Assembly (NCBI GenBank): GCA_030672545.1
Contig: DAOVGF010000021.1
Location: 1 to 52,756 of the forward strand
Length of the DNA stretch: 52,756 nucleotides
Source: Candidatus Aerophobota bacterium
GTDB taxonomy: Bacteria > Aerophobota > Aerophobia > Aerophobales > Aerophobaceae
Reading direction: 5' to 3'
The position numbers were made by a program, and so were the translations under genes. Within the stretch, counting starts at the first letter, position 1. Each line of letters opens with the position of its first letter. Positions 16,884-26,492 of this stretch are shown one piece after another. The notes beneath the pieces were generated by a model, which ran no database searches, was not told the DNA's origin, and saw nothing but the letters and a program-made list of their open reading frames with translations.

Positions 16884-18815
16884 TCACTCGGACTTAATGA
16901 GCCGAGCGACTGTATCTACCAAAGTTTCTAGATCCAGCCCCTGGAGTTTAAATAATTCATCCGGTTTGCCTGAACCACCGTATTTAACCACTCCTAACTT
17001 GCGGAAACGGGGATTAAGAGAATTTTCAGCTAAGAAGTCAGCAATAATGCTCCCCAGACCGGTATGAACATTGTGATCCTCGTAAGTAACTACTACTCCT
17101 GTATCGGCTGCCTCTTGTAGAGTGGACCTATCCAATTTACTCAAGCAGGAGACATTTATCACCTTAACCCGATACCCTCTCTCTCTGAGAATTTCTCCAG
17201 CTTTAACTGCCCGATGTACCATACCTCCGCTGGCAATAATAGCTCCATCCTTACCATCTCTTATCAAATCAGCTTTTCCGTACTCAAATTGGTAGTCTCC
17301 AGCGAAAAACGGTTCTCCTTCTTCACTCAAGATGGCCGGAAGTTTGGAACGTCCCGCAGCCAGGAGAAAATTCCCCGGCTGAGTGGCTAGATATCTTACG
17401 GCCCGGTCGGTTTGATTGGGATCAGCGGGAATAATTATTTTGTATCCATAAAGATTACGCATTATACCTACATAATCAATACACTGGTGAGTCTTCCCAT
17501 CCTGACCCACATCAATGCCGTTGTGAGTACAAATTAGTTTTAGATTAGCTTTATTGATGTCATTTAAACGATGCTGATTGTAAGTCTCATCCACACCAAA
17601 AACACCAAAATCAGCAAAAAAGGCGATTATCCCCTCAACAGAAAGAGCGCCCGCAACAGTAGCAGTATTATGTTCCTGTATTCCTGCCTCAAAGAAGTAG
17701 GTGGGATAGCTATCAGCAAAACCATTAGTTTTCACGGAACTCAAGAGGTCACAGTCCAGCACCACCATCGGCGTTCGGCCCTCTCGGCCACAGTTTCTCT
17801 CTCCCAAATCCTTAAGAGCTCTCCCGAAAGCTCCTCGATTATCCATTTTATCCTCGGCTTTATAGGTAATAGGTTGGCCGGTATCAAAATTAATCTGCCA
17901 GAGAGGATTTTTTCTTCGATATTTCTCAGTTTCCACAGCCTGGCGTAGATCAATGTATTTCTCCAGGTCATCCTCAAGGTTGAGTTGAGAAAGGGCACCA
18001 CGGCATTGTTTTAGGGAAAGAGGCATCCCGTGAAACTGGCATTTATTCTCCATAAAGCTGATGCCTTTACTCATAGTAGTGTGAGCCAAAATCATCACCG
18101 GACTTTTTTCATTTCTCACCGCCTGACCCAGGGCTTGATAAATCTCTTGATAGTTGTGGCCATCAATTTCCAAGACTTCCCAACCGTCAGATTGATAGTT
18201 CTCCTTAATATTCTGAGGCATAATCTCGGACAGAGGGCCGCTTAATTGAATCCGGTTGTAATCAATAATCACGGTGATATTGGTTAGAGTATGCTTACGG
18301 GCAAACCGGCGGGCTTCTCCTATTTGACCCTTGGCTTGTTCCCCATCGCCCATTACCACAAAAACCTGCCAGTTTTTCTTATGGACTCGAGCGGCCAAAG
18401 CAAATCCGCATCCGGCTGAAAGTCCCTGGCCCAGATTACCGGTACTCCATTCCACTCCGGGCACATCCCGCTCGATATGTCCCTCAAAGATACCCCCCGT
18501 CTTACGAAATCCACTAATCACACTATCCAGATCAAAGAATCCCAACCGGCCCAGAGCAGCATAAACTCCGGGAGAAGTATGACCATGACTGATCACAATT
18601 CGGTCTCTCTCCGGGTAATTAGGATTATCAGGGTAAATATTGGCACAGTGATAAAGGGTAAGGTAAATATCAATGGAAGACATAGAGCCTCCCGGATGAC
18701 CGGAACCGGCTACGGTGGTCATTTTTAAAATATCACCCCTGGCTAATCTACCCAACTCTTTGAGTTTATTTAATTCCTCTTCCCCCAACCTTTCTTTATT
18801 AAATTCCCATGACAT
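16884..18815 (-). CDS. tkt: Transketolase (single-chain, N and C halves fused)
   Basis: The motifs GSGHPGGSMS and RDRIVISHGH are present, with GDGEQAKGQIGEA as the ThDP-binding site. The 643-aa length fits. Confidence 0.88.
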   Translation of the reverse strand: MSWEFNKERLGEEELNKLKELGRLARGDILKMTTVAGSGHPGGSMSSIDIYLTLYHCANIYPDNPNYPERDRIVISHGHTSPGVYAALGRLGFFDLDSVISGFRKTGGIFEGHIERDVPGVEWSTGNLGQGLSAGCGFALAARVHKKNWQVFVVMGDGEQAKGQIGEARRFARKHTLTNITVIIDYNRIQLSGPLSEIMPQNIKENYQSDGWEVLEIDGHNYQEIYQALGQAVRNEKSPVMILAHTTMSKGISFMENKCQFHGMPLSLKQCRGALSQLNLEDDLEKYIDLRQAVETEKYRRKNPLWQINFDTGQPITYKAEDKMDNRGAFGRALKDLGERNCGREGRTPMVVLDCDLLSSVKTNGFADSYPTYFFEAGIQEHNTATVAGALSVEGIIAFFADFGVFGVDETYNQHRLNDINKANLKLICTHNGIDVGQDGKTHQCIDYVGIMRNLYGYKIIIPADPNQTDRAVRYLATQPGNFLLAAGRSKLPAILSEEGEPFFAGDYQFEYGKADLIRDGKDGAIIASGGMVHRAVKAGEILRERGYRVKVINVSCLSKLDRSTLQEAADTGVVVTYEDHNVHTGLGSIIADFLAENSLNPRFRKLGVVKYGGSGKPDELFKLQGLDLETLVDTVARLIKSE

Positions 18816-18865
18816 TTTTTACTCTCCCTTACTGGTAGCCAACCCTATTTTATAGCCTCAGCGAC

Positions 18866-19063
18866 TTATTCTTCCTGGTAGTGAATGGCTTCCGCTGGAC
18901 AGTCCTCCGCGGCTTCCTTTATCTCATCTTCAAATGCATTGAAGTCAGCATCATCCTTTACTTTAGCTGTATCATTTACTTCAAAAACTTCCGGACAGGT
19001 ATCCTCGCAAAGACCACAGACAGTGCAGAGATCCTGGTCAATCTTCACTTTAGTGATGGCCAT
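18866..19063 (-). CDS. Small single-cluster ferredoxin
   Basis: The 65-aa acidic protein carries CTVCGLCEDTCP plus a distal CP motif. Confidence 0.8.
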   Translation of the reverse strand: MAITKVKIDQDLCTVCGLCEDTCPEVFEVNDTAKVKDDADFNAFEDEIKEAAEDCPAEAIHYQEE

Positions 19064-19260
19064 GATTTTCCTCCTTTTTTTCCATCAAGTCTTCTTAAAC
19101 CCCATTTTTGTCATAGAGAATAGCAAGGAGGAAAAAAATGTCAAATCGATGAGGCTGTATATTAACCAGATATATTAACCAGAAAAGTTATCTTAGATGT
19201 TGAATACAAAGGGATTAAAGGAGATACCTTTCCGGGTTAAAGTTATGATAGGGATCCAAA

Positions 19261-21150
19261 TTACGGTATCATTATCCATATAGGAGAAGTCCAGGCTATT
19301 TCTCCGTTACACTGTTGAACCCGAAGGTAATAGAATTCTACCCCGCTTTGCTTCTTAGGCCGGAGGGAGAATTCAACCTGTTCGGATAAAGATCCTCCTC
19401 CCGGCAATGAGATGGTTTCATTGTCCCTGATCAATTCAATTTTTTCGATTACGTCGCTTCCAGCGATAGAAACAGTTATTTTTAGAGGAGCTCCCGGACT
19501 TACCTGTATTTGCTCTCCCATGAAGTGTCCATTGATTCTAAAATCAATGATTATTCTGTCGCCAGTAGTTCCATAACACCTTCTTTGGCGAATAGCTTCA
19601 AAGATAGACTCTCTGGTTAACTCAGGGGCCATAATGGCAGTTAGGCCTCCTCGGTGATAACTTAGATTTAAGTAAGGACTTCGGTATTGTCCACCACCGG
19701 GCATTCCACCATGATTATCGCTGCCACATATAAAACCAAATTTGTACCCTCGGCTCAGTATTTCTTGCACAGAAAGACCTCCCTTCCAAAACTGGCCGCT
19801 GTCTTTTTCCTTAGAACCAACCCACAAAGGATTTCCTCTATACTCGGAACTCCCCCAGCAGGAATAGATTTCCACTACGGGTTCTAAATCTTTATTGAAA
19901 TTGTAATTCATACAGGCCAGGGGATGATGGGGAATTACTATGGCTTCTATTCCCTTTAGAGCATTCCATAACTCTTTGGCCGTGCGATAAGGAGTGTCTG
20001 TCTGGTTATTCCGGCCACCCTGCATAGGGGCAAGGTTACTATACCTAAATATGGGGGGATCATCATCAACGAAGTAGACATTTCTATTTCCGTCCTCCTC
20101 CCAATTAGTCCATTCATAGCCAATCAAGGTTACAAATTCACCAGGTTTATGGTACCTGTTGGTTATTTCTTTAAATTTTTTCCATCCGTCATCCGTCATT
20201 CCTGGCCCCCAATCATGGTTGCTGATGGAAGTGAAATCGAGTTTTTGTACATCCCGACAGTACGGGTAGATATCTTCCGGAGTTTTTCTCCCATCACACA
20301 AGGAAGAATGGATGTGGATATCACCCCAATAAACATTCCATTCAGGTTTATCTTTTACCACGATGGGATTACTCCTGCCATATAATCCGTTTCTGCTTCT
20401 AATTTCAATATGATAAGAACCGGGTTTTTCGAATTTAATATTTTTTACTACTTTTATCCGGGAAGATTTTTTCTCAATAGGGTAGTGCTGATTTGGCCAA
20501 GCCAAATTTTCTATTTCTTCGTCTTCCGGAAAGGGGGAATCGTACCCAAAGCGGTCAATTCCTATTACATTCAAATTAAAGCTATTACCCAAGGGGACAA
20601 TAGAGGGAGCAATGGGCATCAAAGCCACTGGTCTGCCGGAAAGTATTTTTCCTTTCCAACGATGGTTTTCTTTAATGCTTTGATACTGTCCTCTTCCCTC
20701 AAAGTCGACCCATACTAAAAAGTAAAGAGAGGGACTGCCCCACCATTTTTCGTCATTTTCAAAATAATCCTGAGGGTAGGTCTGACACAGGCTTCCTATG
20801 CTTCCTTCCCTGGTATCTCCGTAGATAATCCTTATTTTATCTCCTTCCACCAGGTGACCTTCTTTGAGTTTCACATATAGATATTGAAAGGCATTAGGGT
20901 TAGAGGAAATTCCTAAGGATGTTTCTAAATCTGCCTGGCTATTTGTGGAAATAGTCGTGTATCCCTCGAGCTGGGGATTCTTCAGTTGAAATGAACTCCA
21001 GATGCGGGGTAGAGATATACGGATTCCTCCTCCCTTCTTTATTCTGGTCTTTCCACAAATATACTCTATTCTCCAGGTGTTTAGTTCTCCTCCTATCAAA
21101 GGACGATTTGGAGATAGAGTAGCATAACCTAATTTTTCTGCTTGGTTCAT
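19261..21150 (-). CDS. DUF3604 / CehA-McbA-like PHP-superfamily metallohydrolase with ~270-aa N-terminal beta-rich domain
   Basis: The metal-ligand motifs WGDIHIHSSLCDG, SNHDW, IPHHP and CGSDNHGG are present. The C-terminal YYLRVQQCNGEIAWTSPIW resembles the typical DUF3604 ending. Confidence 0.65.
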   Translation of the reverse strand: MNQAEKLGYATLSPNRPLIGGELNTWRIEYICGKTRIKKGGGIRISLPRIWSSFQLKNPQLEGYTTISTNSQADLETSLGISSNPNAFQYLYVKLKEGHLVEGDKIRIIYGDTREGSIGSLCQTYPQDYFENDEKWWGSPSLYFLVWVDFEGRGQYQSIKENHRWKGKILSGRPVALMPIAPSIVPLGNSFNLNVIGIDRFGYDSPFPEDEEIENLAWPNQHYPIEKKSSRIKVVKNIKFEKPGSYHIEIRSRNGLYGRSNPIVVKDKPEWNVYWGDIHIHSSLCDGRKTPEDIYPYCRDVQKLDFTSISNHDWGPGMTDDGWKKFKEITNRYHKPGEFVTLIGYEWTNWEEDGNRNVYFVDDDPPIFRYSNLAPMQGGRNNQTDTPYRTAKELWNALKGIEAIVIPHHPLACMNYNFNKDLEPVVEIYSCWGSSEYRGNPLWVGSKEKDSGQFWKGGLSVQEILSRGYKFGFICGSDNHGGMPGGGQYRSPYLNLSYHRGGLTAIMAPELTRESIFEAIRQRRCYGTTGDRIIIDFRINGHFMGEQIQVSPGAPLKITVSIAGSDVIEKIELIRDNETISLPGGGSLSEQVEFSLRPKKQSGVEFYYLRVQQCNGEIAWTSPIWIMIP

Positions 21151-21165
21151 CTTCCACTCCTGCGG

Positions 21166-22011
21166 TTATTCTTTCAAGGCTCCTCGCACTAATCCGGCGA
21201 TGAGATATTTATTCACTACTATGGAAAAAATAATTATGGGGAGCATAATAAAGGTACTACCGGCAGCAATCGTTCCCCAGCGGATATCTATGAATCTCAT
21301 AAATACGGTAACCGCAACCGGAGCTGTTTGGGATACTCTCCGGGTAAGAATTAGAGCATATAGAAACTCGTTCCAGGACATAATCCAACAGAATATGGTT
21401 GTAGCAGCTAAACCGGGACTCACCAGGGGTAGACTGATTTTCCAGAAACAGCCCCAGGTAGAACATCCATCGATGACCGCTGCTTCTTCTAAAGACAAGG
21501 GTACGTCATCAAAAAATGTTCGCATAATCCAGACTACCAGTGCCAGATTAAAGGTTAAGTAGATGATAATGAGAGCAAGATGGGAGTCTAAAAGATGCAC
21601 CTGCTTAAAAAATAGAAAAAATGGTACCAATAAAGCCATGGGAGGGATCATCCGGCTGGTCAAAATCCAGAAATAAATAAACTTGGCTCCCCGAATATCA
21701 ATTCGGGAAAGAGCATAAGCGGCGGGAACTCCCAGGATAAGAGATAAACCGACCACGCACCCACTAATGATAAAACTATTCAAAATATTGTACTGAAAGT
21801 GCTGAACCCGGAACAGTTCGAGGTAATTTTTTAGAATCGGCTTGAAGATCCAAACAGGAGGTACAGAAAGAATATCTACCGGATTCTTAAAGGAAGTGGC
21901 CATGAACCAGTAGATGGGGAAAATAAAAATAGCGGTAACCATAATGACAAACGCATAAAAAAAGATTCTTCGGATTGTTCGGTGATAGGGACGAAGTTGT
22001 ATTGTTTCCAT
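21166..22011 (-). CDS. Carbohydrate ABC transporter permease (CUT1, MalG/UgpE-like)
   Basis: Six TM segments are predicted. The EAA-type loop is LEEAAVIDGCSTWGCFWKISLP. Confidence 0.9.
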   Translation of the reverse strand: METIQLRPYHRTIRRIFFYAFVIMVTAIFIFPIYWFMATSFKNPVDILSVPPVWIFKPILKNYLELFRVQHFQYNILNSFIISGCVVGLSLILGVPAAYALSRIDIRGAKFIYFWILTSRMIPPMALLVPFFLFFKQVHLLDSHLALIIIYLTFNLALVVWIMRTFFDDVPLSLEEAAVIDGCSTWGCFWKISLPLVSPGLAATTIFCWIMSWNEFLYALILTRRVSQTAPVAVTVFMRFIDIRWGTIAAGSTFIMLPIIIFSIVVNKYLIAGLVRGALKE

Positions 22012-22019
22012 CTTTTATC

Positions 22020-22898
22020 TCATTTCAATTTTGAGGTACCAATGATGCCTACGCTTAGCAGGATGCAGATGGCAAAAATGGTGAAGCTTAAAGCCGAGCC
22101 GTATCCAAATCTGCTGTACTGAAAGGTAGTCCGAAAAGCATAGAAATTCATAATTTCGGTAGCGGTTCCCGGTCCACCCTCGGTCATAATAAAGATTTTG
22201 GGAAAGATTTTAATAATATCAACGGCTCGGAAGAGAAGGGTAATAATAATAACGGGTTTCAACAGGGGGAGCAAGATATAGCGAAGGATTTGTAATTGAT
22301 TAGCCCCGTCAGCCTGGGCAGCTTCAGAAAGTTGTTCCGGGATACTGGCTAAACCGGCCGTAAACATAAGGATAACAAAGGGCATCCACTCCCAGGTGTC
22401 AACCAGGGCGATGGTAAGCAAAGCAGTTTTGCTGCTGGCCAGCCAGGCAGTATGGATACCTACTAAACTTAAGAGATAACTCACCATTCCCAGGCGAGGT
22501 TGAAGGAACATGCGCCACATAACCCCGACGACTACTGGTGGCGAAACCATGGGAAGCAAGAGGAGCATCCGGAAGATTTTTTTCCCTTTGAAAACACGGT
22601 TTAGTCTTTCGGAGATAAGTAGTCCCAGGGAGATTTGTATACCCACGGCCATCCCAATTAAAAAAAGAGCCAGGGCTACAGAGTTCCAGAATCGGGTGTC
22701 ATGCATCATTTTGGTGAAGTTGCCGAAAAGGATAAATGTTTTCTCGGCAGCTCCAAACTCCCACTTATGCAGGCTGGACCAGAAAAGATATATCAGGGGA
22801 GGGATAGTAACTGCAATCAGTACGACAAGAGCGGGCATGAGCATGACTAAAAGAGTCTGTCTCTTTTGTATAAAGATATTATTTGCTTTTGAGTTCAT
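22020..22898 (-). CDS. Carbohydrate ABC transporter permease (CUT1, MalF/UgpA-like)
   Basis: Six TM segments are predicted. The EAA loop is LSEAAQADGANQLQILRYILLP. Confidence 0.9.
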   Translation of the reverse strand: MNSKANNIFIQKRQTLLVMLMPALVVLIAVTIPPLIYLFWSSLHKWEFGAAEKTFILFGNFTKMMHDTRFWNSVALALFLIGMAVGIQISLGLLISERLNRVFKGKKIFRMLLLLPMVSPPVVVGVMWRMFLQPRLGMVSYLLSLVGIHTAWLASSKTALLTIALVDTWEWMPFVILMFTAGLASIPEQLSEAAQADGANQLQILRYILLPLLKPVIIITLLFRAVDIIKIFPKIFIMTEGGPGTATEIMNFYAFRTTFQYSRFGYGSALSFTIFAICILLSVGIIGTSKLK

Positions 22899-22966
22899 TT
22901 TCGAGTTTACTTTTCGTACTTGGTTCTGGGAGAGGATTAATCCCCTCCCAGAACTATAATTTTCCT

Positions 22967-24334
22967 CTAGAAACCAAATTGTGAGCTAGGTTTGCCCACA
23001 TAACCTGCTTCCTGGAGAATTCCCAGAATTACCTCATTGGCCGAATCAAGAGCTTTTTGAGGGGTTTGGTCACCCGTAATAATGTTCTGAAGTGCAATAC
23101 CTAAGGTATCTCCTATTTCTTTGTACTCGGGTAAATTATAGGGAACAAAATAGGGATTCTCTACTGCCGAAGCAATTTTCAGTGATGCAGCATTTATCCC
23201 ACCCCAGTCACCAAAGTCAAAGGTGATGGCGTATCGTGGATCTTCCAGAGTACTTGTTCGGGTCACCGATCCTCCACCAAAGAGCAGGGCCCGCTTCAGT
23301 TGAAATTCTTTGCTGGTCATATATTGAAGGAAAAGCCAGGCGGCTTCCTTGTGTTGGGCCACGCGAGGAATCATAAGACCGTGCGTGTAGTGGCTGAATT
23401 GGTGTTTAACTGGACCCTTGGTCAGCATGGCTGCTTTCCATTTGCCCACCACTTTTGATTTCTCTGAATCGTTAAAAGTTTTTCCCCAAGGTCCCGCATC
23501 CTCGATCATGACGAGCTGCCCTTGAGCAAAATCCTGCACCAGTTCGTAATGTTTGTAGGCTCCTATTCCGCTGGGTCCATACTTATTATTGAGGCCGGCA
23601 TAGAAGGTAGTAGCTTTGATCCATTCCTCGGTATTTACGGTAGGACGCATGGAATCGTCAAAATAACTGCCTCCAAAAGATCCGCCGTAACGACCGAAAC
23701 TCCACATGTTGATTCCGTATCCCCGTACCGATCTGAGAGCAATGGAAGGAATATCCTTGGTATAGACTTTCTTACAAATATCTTCCATCTCCGCAAATGT
23801 CTTAGGAGGACCGGGAATACCGTATTTCTCGTAGAGGTCGGTTCTGTAGTAAATCAAGCCGGTTTCGGTGGACCAGGGTAGCCCGAGAATCTGCTCATCT
23901 TTATCGGTTAGTGCTCGGAGAGCATTATAGACAAAGTCGTCAAGATCAAAATCAGGACCGGTTAAACTGGGGTCATTAATGTATTTCTGCAGTGGTTCTG
24001 CCCAGTTTCTCCTGGCGTATCTAGCCGTTTTCCATAAGCCCATATGCATAAGATCGTATGCTCCGGTCTCGGCGGCCAGTTCTGTCTCGGCTTTGATGTC
24101 CATTTGTCTCCGAACCAGGAGATCGAACTGAACCTTGATTCCTGTTTCCTCTTCAAATTGTTTGTAAATAGGAAGAGTGGCTTCGATATCAGGGTGAAAA
24201 TTTACCAGAATATAAACTGTCTGTCCCTGGTAGGGTTCCGCGGCTTTCTTCCAGCTCCACTCCTGGGCTTGGGCCGGAACTACTAATAGACAAAATAATA
24301 TCGTCACCAAAAACCATAAGCCTATCTTTTTCAT
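22967..24334 (-). CDS. Extracellular solute-binding protein (family 1, sugar-type) of the ABC importer
   Basis: I chose the start at MKKIGLWFL (ATG 24334-24332), preceded by a GGAGA RBS. The ORF track begins 15 codons earlier. The signal peptide ends at PAQAQE. Confidence 0.85.
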   Translation of the reverse strand: MKKIGLWFLVTILFCLLVVPAQAQEWSWKKAAEPYQGQTVYILVNFHPDIEATLPIYKQFEEETGIKVQFDLLVRRQMDIKAETELAAETGAYDLMHMGLWKTARYARRNWAEPLQKYINDPSLTGPDFDLDDFVYNALRALTDKDEQILGLPWSTETGLIYYRTDLYEKYGIPGPPKTFAEMEDICKKVYTKDIPSIALRSVRGYGINMWSFGRYGGSFGGSYFDDSMRPTVNTEEWIKATTFYAGLNNKYGPSGIGAYKHYELVQDFAQGQLVMIEDAGPWGKTFNDSEKSKVVGKWKAAMLTKGPVKHQFSHYTHGLMIPRVAQHKEAAWLFLQYMTSKEFQLKRALLFGGGSVTRTSTLEDPRYAITFDFGDWGGINAASLKIASAVENPYFVPYNLPEYKEIGDTLGIALQNIITGDQTPQKALDSANEVILGILQEAGYVGKPSSQFGF

Positions 24335-24648
24335 TTTTTTCTCCTTTCCCCATATGGTTGCCCTATAGAGGTTTCTCACTAAACGATTTACTTGGATATT
24401 CCTTTTCCTTGGAGCTTTAGTCTATCTATGTCCAAGTTAGATGGTTTTGCTATTTCCTCACCTCCTTGTCGACTCTTATTGTAACCTAACAAGTTATCTT
24501 TAATACCAAAGATATAATTTATTGTCAAGACAGTGCCACGTCAGAAAAGTCTTGAGGGCGGTTTTCTCCCCGAGATTTTTCCTGAAACCGGAGAGAGGTA
24601 CCGTTGACCGGTGACAGTTTAAATGCTACTCTAATTAAGAGGGTAGGA

Positions 24649-25629
24649 ATGGATGTGATTGGGCTAGGTGCTCTTAATGTGGATTTAATTTATGAGGTGG
24701 ATGACCGGCTGCCTGGGATAGAACCGGGTAGGGAGAGAGCCGGTAGTCAAGGGGAACTTAGAAGACTTAGGGAAATTCTAAGAAAAAAGGGAAGGCTCAA
24801 ATGTCGAAGTGGAGGAGGCTCGGCTGCTAATACCATCTATGCTCTGGCCAAAATGGGTTTTCAATGCGGATTTACGGGAAAGGTTGGATTGGATGAAGAG
24901 GGTAACTTCTTGTTAGATGAACTTAATGGGGTGGGGGTGGATACGGTCAGAATTAAAAGGGAAGGAGAAAGTGGATTTTGTCTTATTTTACTGCAAAAAG
25001 GCGAAAGAAGCATTATTATTTATCCTAATATCAATGATGATTTTCGGTTGGAAGAAAACGATGTTTCGTATTTAAACCAGGCCACTTTTGTTCATATAAC
25101 CTCTTTTGTGGGAGAGACAGCCTTCCGTCACCAGATGAGAGCGGTCTCTCAGGTAGAAGCTAAGATCAGCTTTGACCCGGGGGAACCCCATATTAGTCGT
25201 GGTTTTGATGAATTGAGGCCAATTTTCAGACGGTCTTTTATCGTTTTTCCTACCGGGAGAGAAGTGGAAATACTCACCGGTCAGGATTATCGAAAAGGAG
25301 CCCATGAACTTCTTAAGTGTGGGGTAAAAATTGTCGTCTGTACTCTGGGAGATAAGGGTTGTTATCTTCTTTCCCGGAAAGGAGAGTGGGAGGTTCCCTC
25401 CCCCCCGGTGGAGGTTAAAGATACTACTGGGGCGGGAGATGTTTTTGCGGCCGGTTTCCTATCTGGGCTTCTTCGGGGGCTTTCCTTACTTGATTGTGCC
25501 AATCTGGCTACCAGAGCAGCGATATTTAGCCTTGGTACCTACGGACGAGGGAGGTATCCGGATAAAAGATTCTTACTGGATTATTTGGAGCAGGAAGTTC
25601 TTTCCTCAGACTCATTAAGGGAAAAGTGA
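24649..25629 (+). CDS. PfkB-family (ribokinase-like) sugar/nucleoside kinase
   Basis: The GG dipeptide region (SGGGSAANT) and the DTTGAGDVFAAGF signature are present. The likely start is ATG 24649 after GGGTAGGA. The ORF track starts at TTG 24604. Confidence 0.85.
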   Translation: MDVIGLGALNVDLIYEVDDRLPGIEPGRERAGSQGELRRLREILRKKGRLKCRSGGGSAANTIYALAKMGFQCGFTGKVGLDEEGNFLLDELNGVGVDTVRIKREGESGFCLILLQKGERSIIIYPNINDDFRLEENDVSYLNQATFVHITSFVGETAFRHQMRAVSQVEAKISFDPGEPHISRGFDELRPIFRRSFIVFPTGREVEILTGQDYRKGAHELLKCGVKIVVCTLGDKGCYLLSRKGEWEVPSPPVEVKDTTGAGDVFAAGFLSGLLRGLSLLDCANLATRAAIFSLGTYGRGRYPDKRFLLDYLEQEVLSSDSLREK

Positions 25630-26465
25630 TGATGTTCAGAGTGGGTTGGTTTTCTACTGGTCGTGACCGGGCGGCTCGGGATCTACTCCGCATAGCCATG
25701 GAGAATATGGAGAGAGGGACAATTCCTGACTCGAGAATTTGCTATGTTTTCAGTAATCGTGAGTGGAAAGAATCTCAAATTAGTGATAGTTTTTTTCGTC
25801 TGATAGAAGATTTAAGGATACCCTTGATTTGTTGCTCTTCCCGGAAATTTTTTCCTCAATTAAGAAAAAAGGGTCTGATAGAGCAAAAAAAGGGGAATTT
25901 GCTTTTGATTAATCGCTGGCGTCTACTTTATGACCGCAAGATAATGAGACTGGTCAGAGAGCATCCGGTAGATATAATTGTCTTAGCTGGTTATATGCTT
26001 ATCCTGGGGGGAAAATTCTGTCGAAACCATCCGGTAATAAATCTACATCCAGCACTTCCGGGGGGACCCCGGGGAACCTGGCAGGAGGTAATTTGGCAAC
26101 TAATTGAAGAGGAGGCGGATAGAAGTGGGGTTATGATGCATCTGGTCACTCCTCTGTTGGATTCAGGTCCTCCCCTAACCTATAGTAGCTTTAGTTTGGA
26201 AGGGGAGGAATTTACCTCACTCTGGGATCAAATGAAAAAGAAGATTAAGAAAAAAGGCCTGAAGCAAATTAAAAAAGAAGAGGGTGAGGATGAGCCATTG
26301 TTTAAGGCCATCAGAATGGAAGGGGTCAAAAGAGAGTTCCCGCTCATAGTAATGACTCTTCAAGCCATGGCTGAGGGAAAAATAAGAATTGAGAAGGGAG
26401 CAGTTCTGATTGGGAAAAAAAGAGATCAGCCTCTCTGTCTGGATGGCCAATTTTCTGTTTTATGA
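25626..26465 (+). CDS. Divergent formyltransferase-fold protein (PurN-like catalytic core, atypical N- and C-termini)
   Basis: IIVLAGYMLIL...VINLHPALPGG keeps the Asn/His of the PurN HPSLLP motif, and MHLVTPLLDSGP keeps the Asp. The canonical G-x-G-S-N loop is absent. The start overlaps the pfkB stop. Confidence 0.6.
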   Translation: MMMFRVGWFSTGRDRAARDLLRIAMENMERGTIPDSRICYVFSNREWKESQISDSFFRLIEDLRIPLICCSSRKFFPQLRKKGLIEQKKGNLLLINRWRLLYDRKIMRLVREHPVDIIVLAGYMLILGGKFCRNHPVINLHPALPGGPRGTWQEVIWQLIEEEADRSGVMMHLVTPLLDSGPPLTYSSFSLEGEEFTSLWDQMKKKIKKKGLKQIKKEEGEDEPLFKAIRMEGVKREFPLIVMTLQAMAEGKIRIEKGAVLIGKKRDQPLCLDGQFSVL

Positions 26466-26492
26466 ATTTCTACCTTCGAGTCGTGGTAGCCA

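Noticed and set aside
16884-18815. 1-deoxy-D-xylulose-5-phosphate synthase instead of transketolase
   Set aside because: The N-terminal GSGHPGGSMS...RDRIVISHGH pattern is the transketolase type rather than the DXS GGHxxxxxGxxEL pattern. The size is compatible with either, so a residual doubt remains.
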